Source: Eledone cirrhosa
Taxonomy: Eukaryota
DNA length: 64,000 nucleotides
Direction: 5' to 3'
Assembly: GCA_964016885.1 (NCBI GenBank)
Contig: OZ024743.1
Coordinates: forward strand, 136,524,001-136,588,000
Shown here: positions 1 to 11,470 of the stretch, one piece after another
Layout: every line of letters starts with the position of its first letter
Position numbering within the stretch: the stretch's first letter is position 1
Translations under genes and position numbers: made by a program
The notes under the pieces: model-generated
Databases searched by the model: none
What the model was told of the DNA's origin: nothing
The model's input: the letters and a program-made list of their open reading frames with translations, nothing else

Positions 1-699
1 GGTGTTTGGTGATTGGTGCTTGGTGTTTGATGTTTGGTCCTTGGTGCTTGTTGTTTGGTGTTTGGTGCTTGGTGCTTGGTGTTTGGTGTTTGGTGCTTGC
101 TGCTTGCTGCTTGGTGTTTGGTGCTTGGTGATTGGTGCTTGGTGTTTTATGCTTGGTGCTTGGTGTTTGGTGCTAGGGGCTTGGTGCTTGATGCTTGGTG
201 TTTGGTGCTTGGTGCTTGCTGTTTGGTGTTTGGTGCTTGGTGCGTGGGACTTAGTGTTTGGTGTTTGGTGCTTGGTGTTTTGTGCTTGGTGTTTGGTGCT
301 TGTGCTTGGTGTTTGGTGTTTGGTGCTTGGTGCTTGGGACTTGGTGTTTGGTGCTTAGTGTTTGGTGCTTGGTGTTTGGTGCTTGGTGCTTGGTGCTTGG
401 TGTTTGGTGTATGGTGTTTGGTGCTTGGTGTTTGGTGCTTGGTGCTTGGTGCTGGGTGGTTGGTGTTTGGTGTTTGGTGCTTGGTGATTGGTGCTTATTG
501 TTTGGTGCTTGGTGCTTGGTGCTTGGTGCTTGGTCTTTGGTGCTTGGTGTTTGGTGTTTGGTGCTTGGTGCTTGGTGCTTGGTGATTAGTGTTTGGTGCT
601 TGGTGCTTGGTGCCTGGTGCTTGGTGCTTGGTGCTTGTTGTTTGGTGCTTGGTGCTTGGTGATTAGTGTTTGGTGCTTGGTTCTTGGGGTTTGCTGTTT

Positions 700-3600
700 G
701 GTGCTTGGGGTTTGGTGTTTGGTGCTTGGTGCTTGGTGTTTGGTGCTTGGTGCTTGGTGTTTGGTGCTTGGTGCTTTGTGTTTGGTGCTTGGTGTTTGGT
801 GCTTGGTGCTTGGTGCTTGGTGCTTGGTGTTAGGTGTTTGGTGCTTGGTGATTGGTGTTTGATGTTAGGTTCTTGGTGCTTGGTGTTTGGTGTTTGGTGC
901 TTGGTGCTTGGTGTTTGGTGTTTGGTGCTTGCTGCTTGGTGCTTGGTGTTTTGTGTTTGGAGTTTGGTGCTTGGTGTTTGGTGCTTGGTGCTTGGTGTTT
1001 GGTGTTTGGTGTTTGGTGTTTGGAGATTGGTGCTTGGTGTTTGGTGCTTGGTGCTTGGTGCTTGGTGTTAGGCATTTGGTGCTTGGTGCTTGGTGTTTGA
1101 TGTTTGGTCCTTGGTGCTTGGTGTTTGGTATTTGGAGCTTGGTGCTTGGTGTTTGGTGTTTGGTGCTTGCTGCTTGCTGCTTTGTGTTTGGTGCTAGGGA
1201 CTTGGTGCTTGGTGCTTGGTGTTTGGTGCTTGGTGTTTGGTTTTTGGTGCTTGGTGCGTGGGACCTGGTGTTTGGTGCTTGGTGTTTGGTGCTTGGTGTT
1301 TGGTGCTTGGTGCCTGGTGCTTGGTGTTTGGTGTTTGGTGCTTGGTGTTTGGTGCTTGGTGTTTGGTACTTGGTGTTCGGTGCTTGGTGCTTGGTGCTTG
1401 GTGCTTGGTGTTTGGTGTTTGGTGCTTGGTGCTTGGTGTTTGATGTTTGGTCCTTGGTGCTTGGTGTTTGGTGTTGTGTGCTTGGTGCTTGGTGCTTGGT
1501 GTTTGGTGCTTGGTGCTTGGTGCTTGGTGTTTGGCGTTTGCTGTTTGCTGTTTGGTGTTTGGTGTTTGCTGTTTGGTGTTTGCTGTTTGGTGTTTGGTGT
1601 TTGGTGCTTGGTGCTTGGTGTTTGCTGCTTGGTGCTTGGTGCTTGGTGTTTGGTCCTTGGTGCTTGGTGCTTGGTCTTTGGTGCTTGGGTTCTGGTGTTT
1701 GGTGCTTGGTGCTTGGTGCTTGGTGCTTGGTGCTTGGTGTTTGGTGCTTGCTGCTTGGTGCTTGGTGTTTGGTGCTTGGTGCTTGGTGATTAGTGTTTGG
1801 TGATTGGTGCTTCGGGTTTGGTGTTTGGGGCTTGGTGTTTGGTGCTTGGTGCTTGCTGTTTGGTGATTGGTGTTTGGTTCTTGGTGCTTGGTGTTTGGTG
1901 TTTGGTGTTTGGTGCTTGGTGCTTGGTGCTTGGTGTTTGGTGCTTGGTGCTTGGTGCTTGGTGTTTGGTGCTGCGTGCTTGGTGTTTGGTGTTTGGTGCT
2001 TGGTGCCTGGTGCTTGTTGTTTGGTGTTTGGTGCTTAGTGCTTGGTGTTTGGTGTTTGGTGCTTGGTTCTTGGTGGCTGGTGTTTGGTGCTTGGTGTTTG
2101 GAGTTTGGTGCTTGGTGCTTGGTGCCTGGTGTTTCGTGCTTGGTGCTTGGTGCTTGGTGCTTGGTGTATGGTGCTTGGTGTTTGGTGTTTGGTACTTGGT
2201 GCTTGGTGCTTGGTGCTTGGTGTTTGGTGCTTGGTGTTTGATGCTGCGTGCTTGGTGTTTGGTGTTTGGTGCTTGGTGCTTGGTGTTTGGTGTTTGGAGC
2301 TTGGTGCCTGGTGCTTGTTGTTTGGTGTTGGGCGCTTGGTGCTTGGTGTTTGGTGTTTGGTGCTTGGTGCTTGGTGCTTGGTATCTGGTGTTTGGGGCTT
2401 GATGTTTGGTGTTTGGTGCTTGGGGTTTGGTGTTTGGTGCTTGGTGCTTGGTGTTTGGTGCTTGGTGCTTGGTGTTTGGTGCTTGGTGCTTTGTGTTTGG
2501 TGCTTGGTGTTTGGTGCTTGGTGCTTGGTGCTTGGTGCTTGGTGTTAGGTGTTTGGTGCTTGGTGATTGGTGTTTGATGTTAGGTTCTTGGTGCTTGGTG
2601 TTTGGTGTTTGGTGCTTGGTGCTTGGTGTTTGGTGTTTGGTGCTTGCTGCTTGGTGCTTGGTGTTTTGTGTTTGGAGTTTGGTGCTTGGTGTTTGGTGCT
2701 TGGTGCTTGGTGTTTGGTGTTTGGTGTTTGGTGTTTGGTGATTGGTGCTTGGTGTTTGGTGCTTGGTGCTTGGTGCTTGGTGCTTGGTGTTAGGCGTTTG
2801 GTGCTTGGTGCTTGGTGTTTGATGTTTGGTCCTTGGTGCTTGGTGTTTGGTATTTGGAGCTTGGTGCTTGGTGTTTGGTGTTTGGTGCTTGCTGCTTGCT
2901 GCTTTGTGTTTGGTGCTAGGGACTTGGTGCTTGGTGCTTGGTGTTTGGTGCTTGGTGTTTGGTTTTTGGTGCTTGGTGCGTGGGACCTGGTGTTTGGTGC
3001 TTGGTGTTTGGTGCTTGGTGTTTGGTGCTTGGTGCCTGGTGCTTGGTGTTTGGTGTTTGGTGCTTGGTGTTTGGTGCTTGGTGTTTGGTACTTGGTGTTC
3101 GGTGCTTGGTGCTTGGTGCTTGGTGCTTGGTGTTTGGTGTTTGGTGCTTGGTGCTTGGTGTTTGATGTTTGGTCCTTGGTGCTTGGTGTTTGGTGTTGTG
3201 TGCTTGGTGCTTGGTGCTTGGTGTTTGGTGCTTGGTGCTTGGTGCTTGGTGTTTGGCGTTTGCTGTTTGCTGTTTGGTGTTTGGTGTTTGTTGTTTGGTG
3301 TTTGCTGTTTGGTGTTTGGTGTTTGGTGCTTGGTGCTTGGTGTTTGCTGCTTGGTGCTTGGTGCTTGGTGTTTGGTCCTTGGTGCTTGGTGCTTGGTCTT
3401 TGGTGCTTGGGTTCTGGTGTTTGGTGCTTGGTGCTTGGTGCTTGGTGCTTGGTGCTTGGTGCTTGGTGTTTGGTGCTTGCTGCTTGGTGCTTGGTGTTTG
3501 GTGCTTGGTGCTTGGTGATTAGTGTTTGGTGATTGGTGCTTCGGGTTTGGTGTTTGGGGCTTGGTGTTTGGTGCTTGGTGCTTGCTGTTTGGTGATTGGT

Positions 3601-4010
3601 GTTTGGTTCTTGGTGCTTGGTGTTTGGTGTTTGGTGTTTGGTGCTTGGTGCTTGGTGCTTGGTGTTTGGTGCTTGGTGCTTGGTGCTTGGTGTTTGGTGC
3701 TGCGTGCTTGGTGTTTGGTGTTTGGTGCTTGGTGCCTGGTGCTTGTTGTTTGGTGTTTGGTGCTTAGTGCTTGGTGTTTGGTGTTTGGTGCTTGGTTCTT
3801 GGTGGCTGGTGTTTGGTGCTTGGTGTTTGGAGTTTGGTGCTTGGTGCTTGGTGCCTGGTGTTTCGTGCTTGGTGCTTGGTGCTTGGTGTTTGGTGTATGG
3901 TGCTTGGTGTTTGGTGTTTGGTACTTGGTGCTTGGTGCTTGGTGCTTGGTGTTTGGTGCTTGGTGTTTGATGCTGCGTGCTTGGTGTTTGGTGTTTGGTG
4001 CTTGGTGCTT
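700..4010 (+). repeat. Tandem higher-order duplication, unit ~1.72 kb (245-247 monomers), ~2 copies
   Basis: Matching ORF-track landmarks: 852/2567 (+1715), 1104/2826 (+1722), 1793/3522 (+1729), all multiples of 7. Boundaries are approximate. Confidence 0.85.
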
Positions 4011-4539
4011 GGTGATTAGTGTTTGGTGCTTGGTGCTTGGTGCCTGGTGCTTGGTGCTTGGTGCTTGTTGTTTGGTGCTTGGTGCTTGGTGATTAGTGTT
4101 TGGTGCTTGGTTCTTGGGGTTTGCTGTTTGGTGCTTGGGGTTTGGTGTTTGGTGCTTGGTGCTTGGTGTTTGGTGCTTGGTGCTTGGTGTTTGGTGCTTG
4201 GTGCTTTGTGTTTGGTGCTTGGTGTTTGGTGCTTGGTGCTTGGTGCTTGGTGCTTGGTGTTAGGTGTTTGGTGCTTGGTGATTGGTGCTTAGTGCTTGGT
4301 GTTTGGTGTTTGGTGCTTGGTGCTTGGTGGCTGGTGCTTGGTGCTTGGTGTTCGGAGTTTGGTGCTTGGTGCTTGGTGCCTGGTGTTTCGTGCTTGGTGC
4401 TTGGTGCTTGGTGTTTGGTGTTTGGTGCTTGGTGTTTGGTGCTTGGTGTTTGGTGCTTGGTGCTTGGTGCTTGGTGTTAGGTGTTTGGTGATTGGTGCTT
4501 GGTGTTTGATGTTTGGTCCTTGGTGCTTGTTGTTTGGTG

Positions 4540-7500
4540 TTTGGTGCTTGGTGCTTGGTGTTTGGTGTTTGGTGCTTGCTGCTTGCTGCTTGGTGTTTGG
4601 TGCTTGGTGATTGGTGCTTGGTGTTTTATGCTTGGTGCTTGGTGTTTGGTGCTAGGGGCTTGGAGCTTGATGCTTGGTGTTTGGTGCTTGGTGCTTGCTG
4701 TTTGGTGTTTGGTGCTTGGTGCGTGGGACTTAGTGTTTGGTGTTTGGTGCTTGGTGTTTTGTGCTTGGTGTTTGGTGCTTGTGCTTGGTGTTTGGTGTTT
4801 GGTGCTTGGTGCTTGGGACTTGGTGTTTGGTGCTTAGTGTTTGGTGCTTGGTGTTTGGTGCTTGGTGCTTGGTGCTTGGTGTTTGGTGTATGGTGTTTGG
4901 TGCTTGGTGTTTGGTGCTTGGTGCTTGGTGCTGGGTGGTTGGTGTTTGGTGTTTGGTGCTTGGTGATTGGTGCTTATTGTTTGGTGCTTGGTGCTTGGTG
5001 CTTGGTGCTTGGTCTTTGGTGCTTGGTGTTTGGTGTTTGGTGCTTGGTGCTTGGTGCTTGGTGATTAGTGTTTGGTGCTTGGTGCTTGGTGCCTGGTGCT
5101 TGGTGCTTGGTGCTTGTTGTTTGGTGCTTGGTGCTTGGTGATTAGTGTTTGGTGCTTGGTTCTTGGGGTTTGCTGTTTGGTGCTTGGGGTTTGGTGTTTG
5201 GTGCTTGGTGCTTGGTGTTTGGTGCTTGGTGCTTGGTGTTTGGTGCTTGGTGCTTTGTGTTTGGTGCTTGGTGTTTGGTGCTTGGTGCTTGGTGCTTGGT
5301 GCTTGGTGTTAGGTGTTTGGTGCTTGGTGATTGGTGTTTGATGTTAGGTTCTTGGTGCTTGGTGTTTGGTGTTTGGTGCTTGGTGCTTGGTGTTTGGTGT
5401 TTGGTGCTTGCTGCTTGGTGCTTGGTGTTTTGTGTTTGGAGTTTGGTGCTTGGTGTTTGGTGCTTGGTGCTTGGTGTTTGGTGTTTGGTGTTTGGTGTTT
5501 GGTGATTGGTGCTTGGTGTTTGGTGCTTGGTGCTTGGTGCTTGGTGCTTGGTGTTAGGTGTTTGGTGCTTGGTGCTTGGTGTTTGATGTTTGGTCCTTGG
5601 TGCTTGGTGTTTGGTATTTGGAGCTTGGTGCTTGGTGTTTGGTGTTTGGTGCTTGCTGCTTGCTGCTTTGTGTTTGGTGCTAGGGACCTGGTGCTTGGTG
5701 CTTGGTGTTTGGTGCTTGGTGTTTGGTTTTTGGTGCTTGGTGCGTGGGACCTGGTGTTTGGTGCTTGGTGTTTGGTGCTTGGTGTTTGGTGCTTGGTGCC
5801 TGGTGCTTGGTGTTTGGTGTTTGGTGCTTGGTGTTTGGTGCTTGGTGTTTGGTACTTGGTGTTCGGTGCTTGGTGCTTGGTGCTTGGTGCTTGGTGTTTG
5901 GTGTTTGGTGCTTGGTGCTTGGTGTTTGATGTTTGGTCCTTGGTGCTTGGTGTTTGGTGTTGTGTGCTTGGTGCTTGGTGCTTGGTGTTTGGTGCTTGGT
6001 GCTTGGTGCTTGGTGTTTGGCGTTTGCTGTTTGCTGTTTGGTGTTTGGTGTTTGCTGTTTGGTGTTTGCTGTTTGGTGTTTGGTGTTTGGTGCTTGGTGC
6101 TTGGTGTTTGCTGCTTGGTGCTTGGTGCTTGGTGTTTGGTCCTTGGTGCTTGGTGCTTGGTCTTTGGTGCTTGGGTTCTGGTGTTTGGTGCTTGGTGCTT
6201 GGTGCTTGGTGCTTGGTGCTTGGTGCTTGGTGTTTGGTGCTTGCTGCTTGGTGCTTGGTGTTTGGTGCTTGGTGCTTGGTGATTAGTGTTTGGTGATTGG
6301 TGCTTCGGGTTTGGTGTTTGGGGCTTGGTGTTTGGTGCTTGGTGCTTGCTGTTTGGTGATTGGTGTTTGGTTCTTGGTGCTTGGTGTTTGGTGTTTGGTG
6401 TTTGGTGCTTGGTGCTTGGTGCTTGGTGTTTGGTGCTTGGTGCTTGGTGCTTGGTGTTTGGTGCTGCGTGCTTGGTGTTTGGTGTTTGGTGCTTGGTGCC
6501 TGGTGCTTGTTGTTTGGTGTTTGGTGCTTAGTGCTTGGTGTTTGGTGTTTGGTGCTTGGTTCTTGGTGGCTGGTGTTTGGTGCTTGGTGTTTGGAGTTTG
6601 GTGCTTGGTGCTTGGTGCCTGGTGTTTCGTGCTTGGTGCTTGGTGCTTGGTGTTTGGTGTATGGTGCTTGGTGTTTGGTGTTTGGTACTTGGTGCTTGGT
6701 GCTTGGTGCTTGGTGTTTGGTGCTTGGTGTTTGATGCTGCGTGCTTGGTGTTTGGTGTTTGGTGCTTGGTGCTTGGTGTTTGGTGTTTGGAGCTTGGTGC
6801 CTGGTGCTTGTTGTTTGGTGTTTGGCGCTTGGTGCTTGGTGTTTGGTGTTTGGTGCTTGGTGCTTGGTGCTTGGTATCTGGTGTTTGGGGCTTGATGTTT
6901 GGTGTTTGGTGCTTGGTGTTTGGTGTTTGGTGCTTGGTGCTTGGTGTTTGGTGCTTGGTGTTTGATGCTTGGTGTTTGATGCTTGGTGTTTGCTGCTTGG
7001 TGCTTGGTGCTTGGTGTTTTGTGTTTGGTGCTTGGTGCTTGGTGCTTGGTGTTTGGTGTTTGGTGCTTGCTGCTTGCTGCTTGGTGTTTGGTGCTTGGTG
7101 ATTGGTGCTTGGTGTTTTATGCTTGGTGCTTGGTGTTTGGTGCTAGGGGCTTGGTGCTTGATGCTTGGTGTTTGGTGCTTGGTGCTTGCTGTTTGGTGTT
7201 TGGTGCTTGGTGCGTGGGACTTAGTGTTTGGTGTTTGGTGCTTGGTGTTTTGTGCTTGGTGTTTGGTGCTTGTGCTTGGTGTTTGGTGTTTGGTGCTTGG
7301 TGCTTGGGACTTGGTGTTTGGTGCTTAGTGTTTGGTGCTTGGTGTTTGGTGCTTGGTGCTTGGTGCTTGGTGTTTGGTGTATGGTGTTTGGTGCTTGGTG
7401 TTTGGTGCTTGGTGCTTGGTGCTGGGTGGTTGGTGTTTGGTGTTTGGTGCTTGGTGATTGGTGCTTATTGTTTGGTGCTTGGTGCTTGGTGCTTGGTGCT

Positions 7501-10500
7501 TGGTCTTTGGTGCTTGGTGTTTGGTGTTTGGTGCTTGGTGCTTGGTGCTTGGTGATTAGTGTTTGGTGCTTGGTGCTTGGTGCCTGGTGCTTGGTGCTTG
7601 GTGCTTGTTGTTTGGTGCTTGGTGCTTGGTGATTAGTGTTTGGTGCTTGGTTCTTGGGGTTTGCTGTTTGGTGCTTGGGGTTTGGTGTTTGGTGCTTGGT
7701 GCTTGGTGTTTGGTGCTTGGTGCTTGGTGTTTGGTGCTTGGTGCTTTGTGTTTGGTGCTTGGTGTTTGGTGCTTGGTGCTTGGTGCTTGGTGCTTGGTGT
7801 TAGGTGTTTGGTGCTTGGTGATTGGTGTTTGATGTTAGGTTCTTGGTGCTTGGTGTTTGGTGTTTGGTGCTTGGTGCTTGGTGTTTGGTGTTTGGTGCTT
7901 GCTGCTTGGTGCTTGGTGTTTTGTGTTTGGAGTTTGGTGCTTGGTGTTTGGTGCTTGGTGCTTGGTGTTTGGTGTTTGGTGTTTGGTGTTTGGTGATTGG
8001 TGCTTGGTGTTTGGTGCTTGGTGCTTGGTGCTTGGTGCTTGGTGTTAGGTGTTTGGTGCTTGGTGCTTGGTGTTTGATGTTTGGTCCTTGGTGCTTGGTG
8101 TTTGGTATTTGGAGCTTGGTGCTTGGTGTTTGGTGTTTGGTGCTTGCTGCTTGCTGCTTTGTGTTTGGTGCTAGGGACTTGGTGCTTGGTGCTTGGTGTT
8201 TGGTGCTTGGTGTTTGGTTTTTGGTGCTTGGTGCGTGGGACCTGGTGTTTGGTGCTTGGTGTTTGGTGCTTGGTGTTTGGTGCTTGGTGCCTGGTGCTTG
8301 GTGTTTGGTGTTTGGTGCTTGGTGTTTGGTGCTTGGTGTTTGGTACTTGGTGTTCGGTGCTTGGTGCTTGGTGCTTGGTGCTTGGTGTTTGGTGTTTGGT
8401 CCTTGGTGCTTGGTGTTTGGTGTTGTGTGCTTGGTGCTTGGTGCTTGGTGTTTGGTGCTTGGTGCTTGGTGCTTGGTGCTTGTTGTTTGGTGTTTGGTGC
8501 TTAGTGCTTGGTGTTTGGTGTTTGGTGCTTGGTTCTTGGTGGCTGGTGTTTGGTGCTTGGTGTTTAGAGTTTGGTGCTTGGTGCTTGGTGCCTGGTGTTT
8601 CGTGCTTGGTGCTTGGTGCTTGGTGTTTGGTGTATGGTGCTTGGTGTTTGGTGTTTGGTACTTGGTGCTTGGTGCTTGGTGCTTGGTGTTTGGTGCTTGG
8701 TGTTTGATGCTGCGTGCTTGGTGTTTGGTGTTTGGTGCTTGGTGCTTGGTGTTTGGTGTTTGGAGCTTGGTGCCTGGTGCTTGTTGTTTGGTGTTTGGCG
8801 CTTGGTGCTTGGTGTTTGGTGTTTGGTGCTTGGTGCTTGGTGCTTGGTATCTGGTGTTTGGGGCTTGATGTTTGGTGTTTGGTGCTTGGTGTTTGGTGTT
8901 TGGTGCTTGGTGCTTGGTGTTTGGTGCTTGGTGTTTGATGCTTGGTGTTTGATGCTTGGTGTTTGCTGCTTGGTGCTTGGTGCTTGGTGTTTTGTGTTTG
9001 GTGCTTGGTGCTTGGTGCTTGGTGTTTGGTGTTTGGTGCTTGCTGCTTGCTGCTTGGTGTTTGGTGCTTGGTGATTGGTGCTTGGTGTTTTATGCTTGGT
9101 GCTTGGTGTTTGGTGCTAGGGGCTTGGTGCTTGATGCTTGGTGTTTGGTGCTTGGTGCTTGCTGTTTGGTGTTTGGTGCTTGGTGCGTGGGACTTAGTGT
9201 TTGGTGTTTGGTGCTTGGTGTTTTGTGCTTGGTGTTTGGTGCTTGTGCTTGGTGTTTGGTGTTTGGTGCTTGGTGCTTGGGACTTGGTGTTTGGTGCTTA
9301 GTGTTTGGTGCTTGGTGTTTGGTGCTTGGTGCTTGGTGCTTGGTGTTTGGTGTATGGTGTTTGGTGCTTGGTGTTTGGTGCTTGGTGCTTGGTGCTGGGT
9401 GGTTGGTGTTTGGTGTTTGGTGCTTGGTGATTGGTGCTTATTGTTTGGTGCTTGGTGCTTGGTGCTTGGTGCTTGGTCTTTGGTGCTTGGTGTTTGGTGT
9501 TTGGTGCTTGGTGCTTGGTGCTTGGTGATTAGTGTTTGGTGCTTGGTGCTTGGTGCCTGGTGCTTGGTGCTTGGTGCTTGTTGTTTGGTGCTTGGTGCTT
9601 GGTGATTAGTGTTTGGTGCTTGGTTCTTGGGGTTTGCTGTTTGGTGCTTGGGGTTTGGTGTTTGGTGCTTGGTGCTTGGTGTTTGGTGCTTGGTGCTTGG
9701 TGTTTGGTGCTTGGTGCTTTGTGTTTGGTGCTTGGTGTTTGGTGCTTGGTGCTTGGTGCTTGGTGCTTGGTGTTAGGTGTTTGGTGCTTGGTGATTGGTG
9801 TTTGATGTTAGGTTCTTGGTGCTTGGTGTTTGGTGTTTGGTGCTTGGTGCTTGGTGTTTGGTGTTTGGTGCTTGCTGCTTGGTGCTTGGTGTTTTGTGTT
9901 TGGAGTTTGGTGCTTGGTGTTTGGTGCTTGGTGCTTGGTGTTTGGTGTTTGGTGTTTGGTGTTTGGTGATTGGTGCTTGGTGTTTGGTGCTTGGTGCTTG
10001 GTGCTTGGTGCTTGGTGTTAGGTGTTTGGTGCTTGGTGCTTGGTGTTTGATGTTTGGTCCTTGGTGCTTGGTGTTTGGTATTTGGAGCTTGGTGCTTGGT
10101 GTTTGGTGTTTGGTGCTTGCTGCTTGCTGCTTTGTGTTTGGTGCTAGGGACTTGGTGCTTGGAGCTTGGTGTTTGGTGCTTGGTGTTTGGTTTTTGGTGC
10201 TTGGTGCGTGGGACCTGGTGTTTGGTGCTTGGTGTTTGGTGCTTGGTGTTTGGTGCTTGGTGCCTGGTGCTTGGTGTTTGGTGTTTGGTGCTTGGTGTTT
10301 GGTGCTTGGTGTTTGGTACTTGGTGTTCGGTGCTTGGTGCTTGGTGCTTGGTGCTTGGTGTTTGGTGTTTGGTCCTTGGTGCTTGGTGTTTGGTGTTGTG
10401 TGCTTGGTGCTTGGTGCTTGGTGTTTGGTGCTTGGTGCTTGGTGCTTGGTGTTTGGCGTTTGCTGTTTGCTGTTTGGTGTTTGGTGTTTGCTGTTTGGTG

Positions 10501-11470
10501 TTTGCTGTTTGGTGTTTGGTGTTTGGTGCTTGGTGCTTGGTGTTTGCTGCTTGGTGCTTGGTGCTTGGTGTTTGGTCCTTGGTGCTTGGTGCTTGGTCTT
10601 TGGTGCTTGGGTTCTGGTGTTTGGTGCTTGGTGCTTGGTGCTTGGTGCTTGGTGCTTGGTGCTTGGTGTTTGGTGCTTGCTGCTTGGTGCTTGGTGTTTG
10701 GTGCTTGGTGCTTGGTGATTAGTGTTTGGTGATTGGTGCTTCGGGTTTGGTGTTTGGGGCTTGGTGTTTGGTGCTTGGTGCTTGCTGTTTGGTGATTGGT
10801 GTTTGGTTCTTGGTGCTTGGTGTTTGGTGTTTGGTGTTTGGTGCTTGGTGCTTGGTGCTTGGTGTTTGGTGCTTGGTGCTTGGTGCTTGGTGTTTGGTGC
10901 TGCGTGCTTGGTGTTTGGTGTTTGGTGCTTGGTGCCTGGTGCTTGTTGTTTGGTGTTTGGTGCTTAGTGCTTGGTGTTTGGTGTTTGGTGCTTGGTTCTT
11001 GGTGGCTGGTGTTTGGTGCTTGGTGTTTAGAGTTTGGTGCTTGGTGCTTGGTGCCTGGTGTTTCGTGCTTGGTGCTTGGTGCTTGGTGTTTGGTGTATGG
11101 TGCTTGGTGTTTGGTGTTTGGTACTTGGTGCTTGGTGCTTGGTGCTTGGTGTTTGGTGCTTGGTGTTTGATGCTGCGTGCTTGGTGTTTGGTGTTTGGTG
11201 CTTGGTGCTTGGTGTTTGGTGTTTGGAGCTTGGTGCCTGGTGCTTGTTGTTTGGTGTTTGGCGCTTGGTGCTTGGTGTTTGGTGTTTGGTGCTTGGTGCT
11301 TGGTGCTTGGTATCTGGTGTTTGGGGCTTGATGTTTGGTGTTTGGTGCTTGGTGTTTGGTGTTTGGTGCTTGGTGCTTGGTGTTTGGTGCTTGGTGTTTG
11401 ATGCTTGGTGTTTGATGCTTGGTGTTTGCTGCTTGGTGCTTGGTGCTTGGTGTTTTGTGTTTGGTGCTTG
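4540..11470 (+). repeat. Three tandem copies of a ~2.49-kb higher-order repeat; middle copy internally deleted; a further copy at ~1-2410
   Basis: The diagnostic 6-bp monomer GTGCTT lies at 302, 4781, 7272 and 9245 (spacings 4479, 2491, 1973, each 7n-1). ORF landmarks: 258/4737/7228/9201 and 593/5072/7563/9536. The difference 2491-1973 = 518 is a 28-bp plus a 490-bp deletion. Confidence 0.88.

Noticed and set aside
2074-2081. Chi-like octamers near GGTGGCTGGTG variants (E. coli Chi is GCTGGTGG)
   Set aside because: The sequence reads GCTGGTGT/GCTGGTGC, not GCTGGTGG. Near-matches are expected by chance from the GGTG-rich monomer, and the host is unknown.
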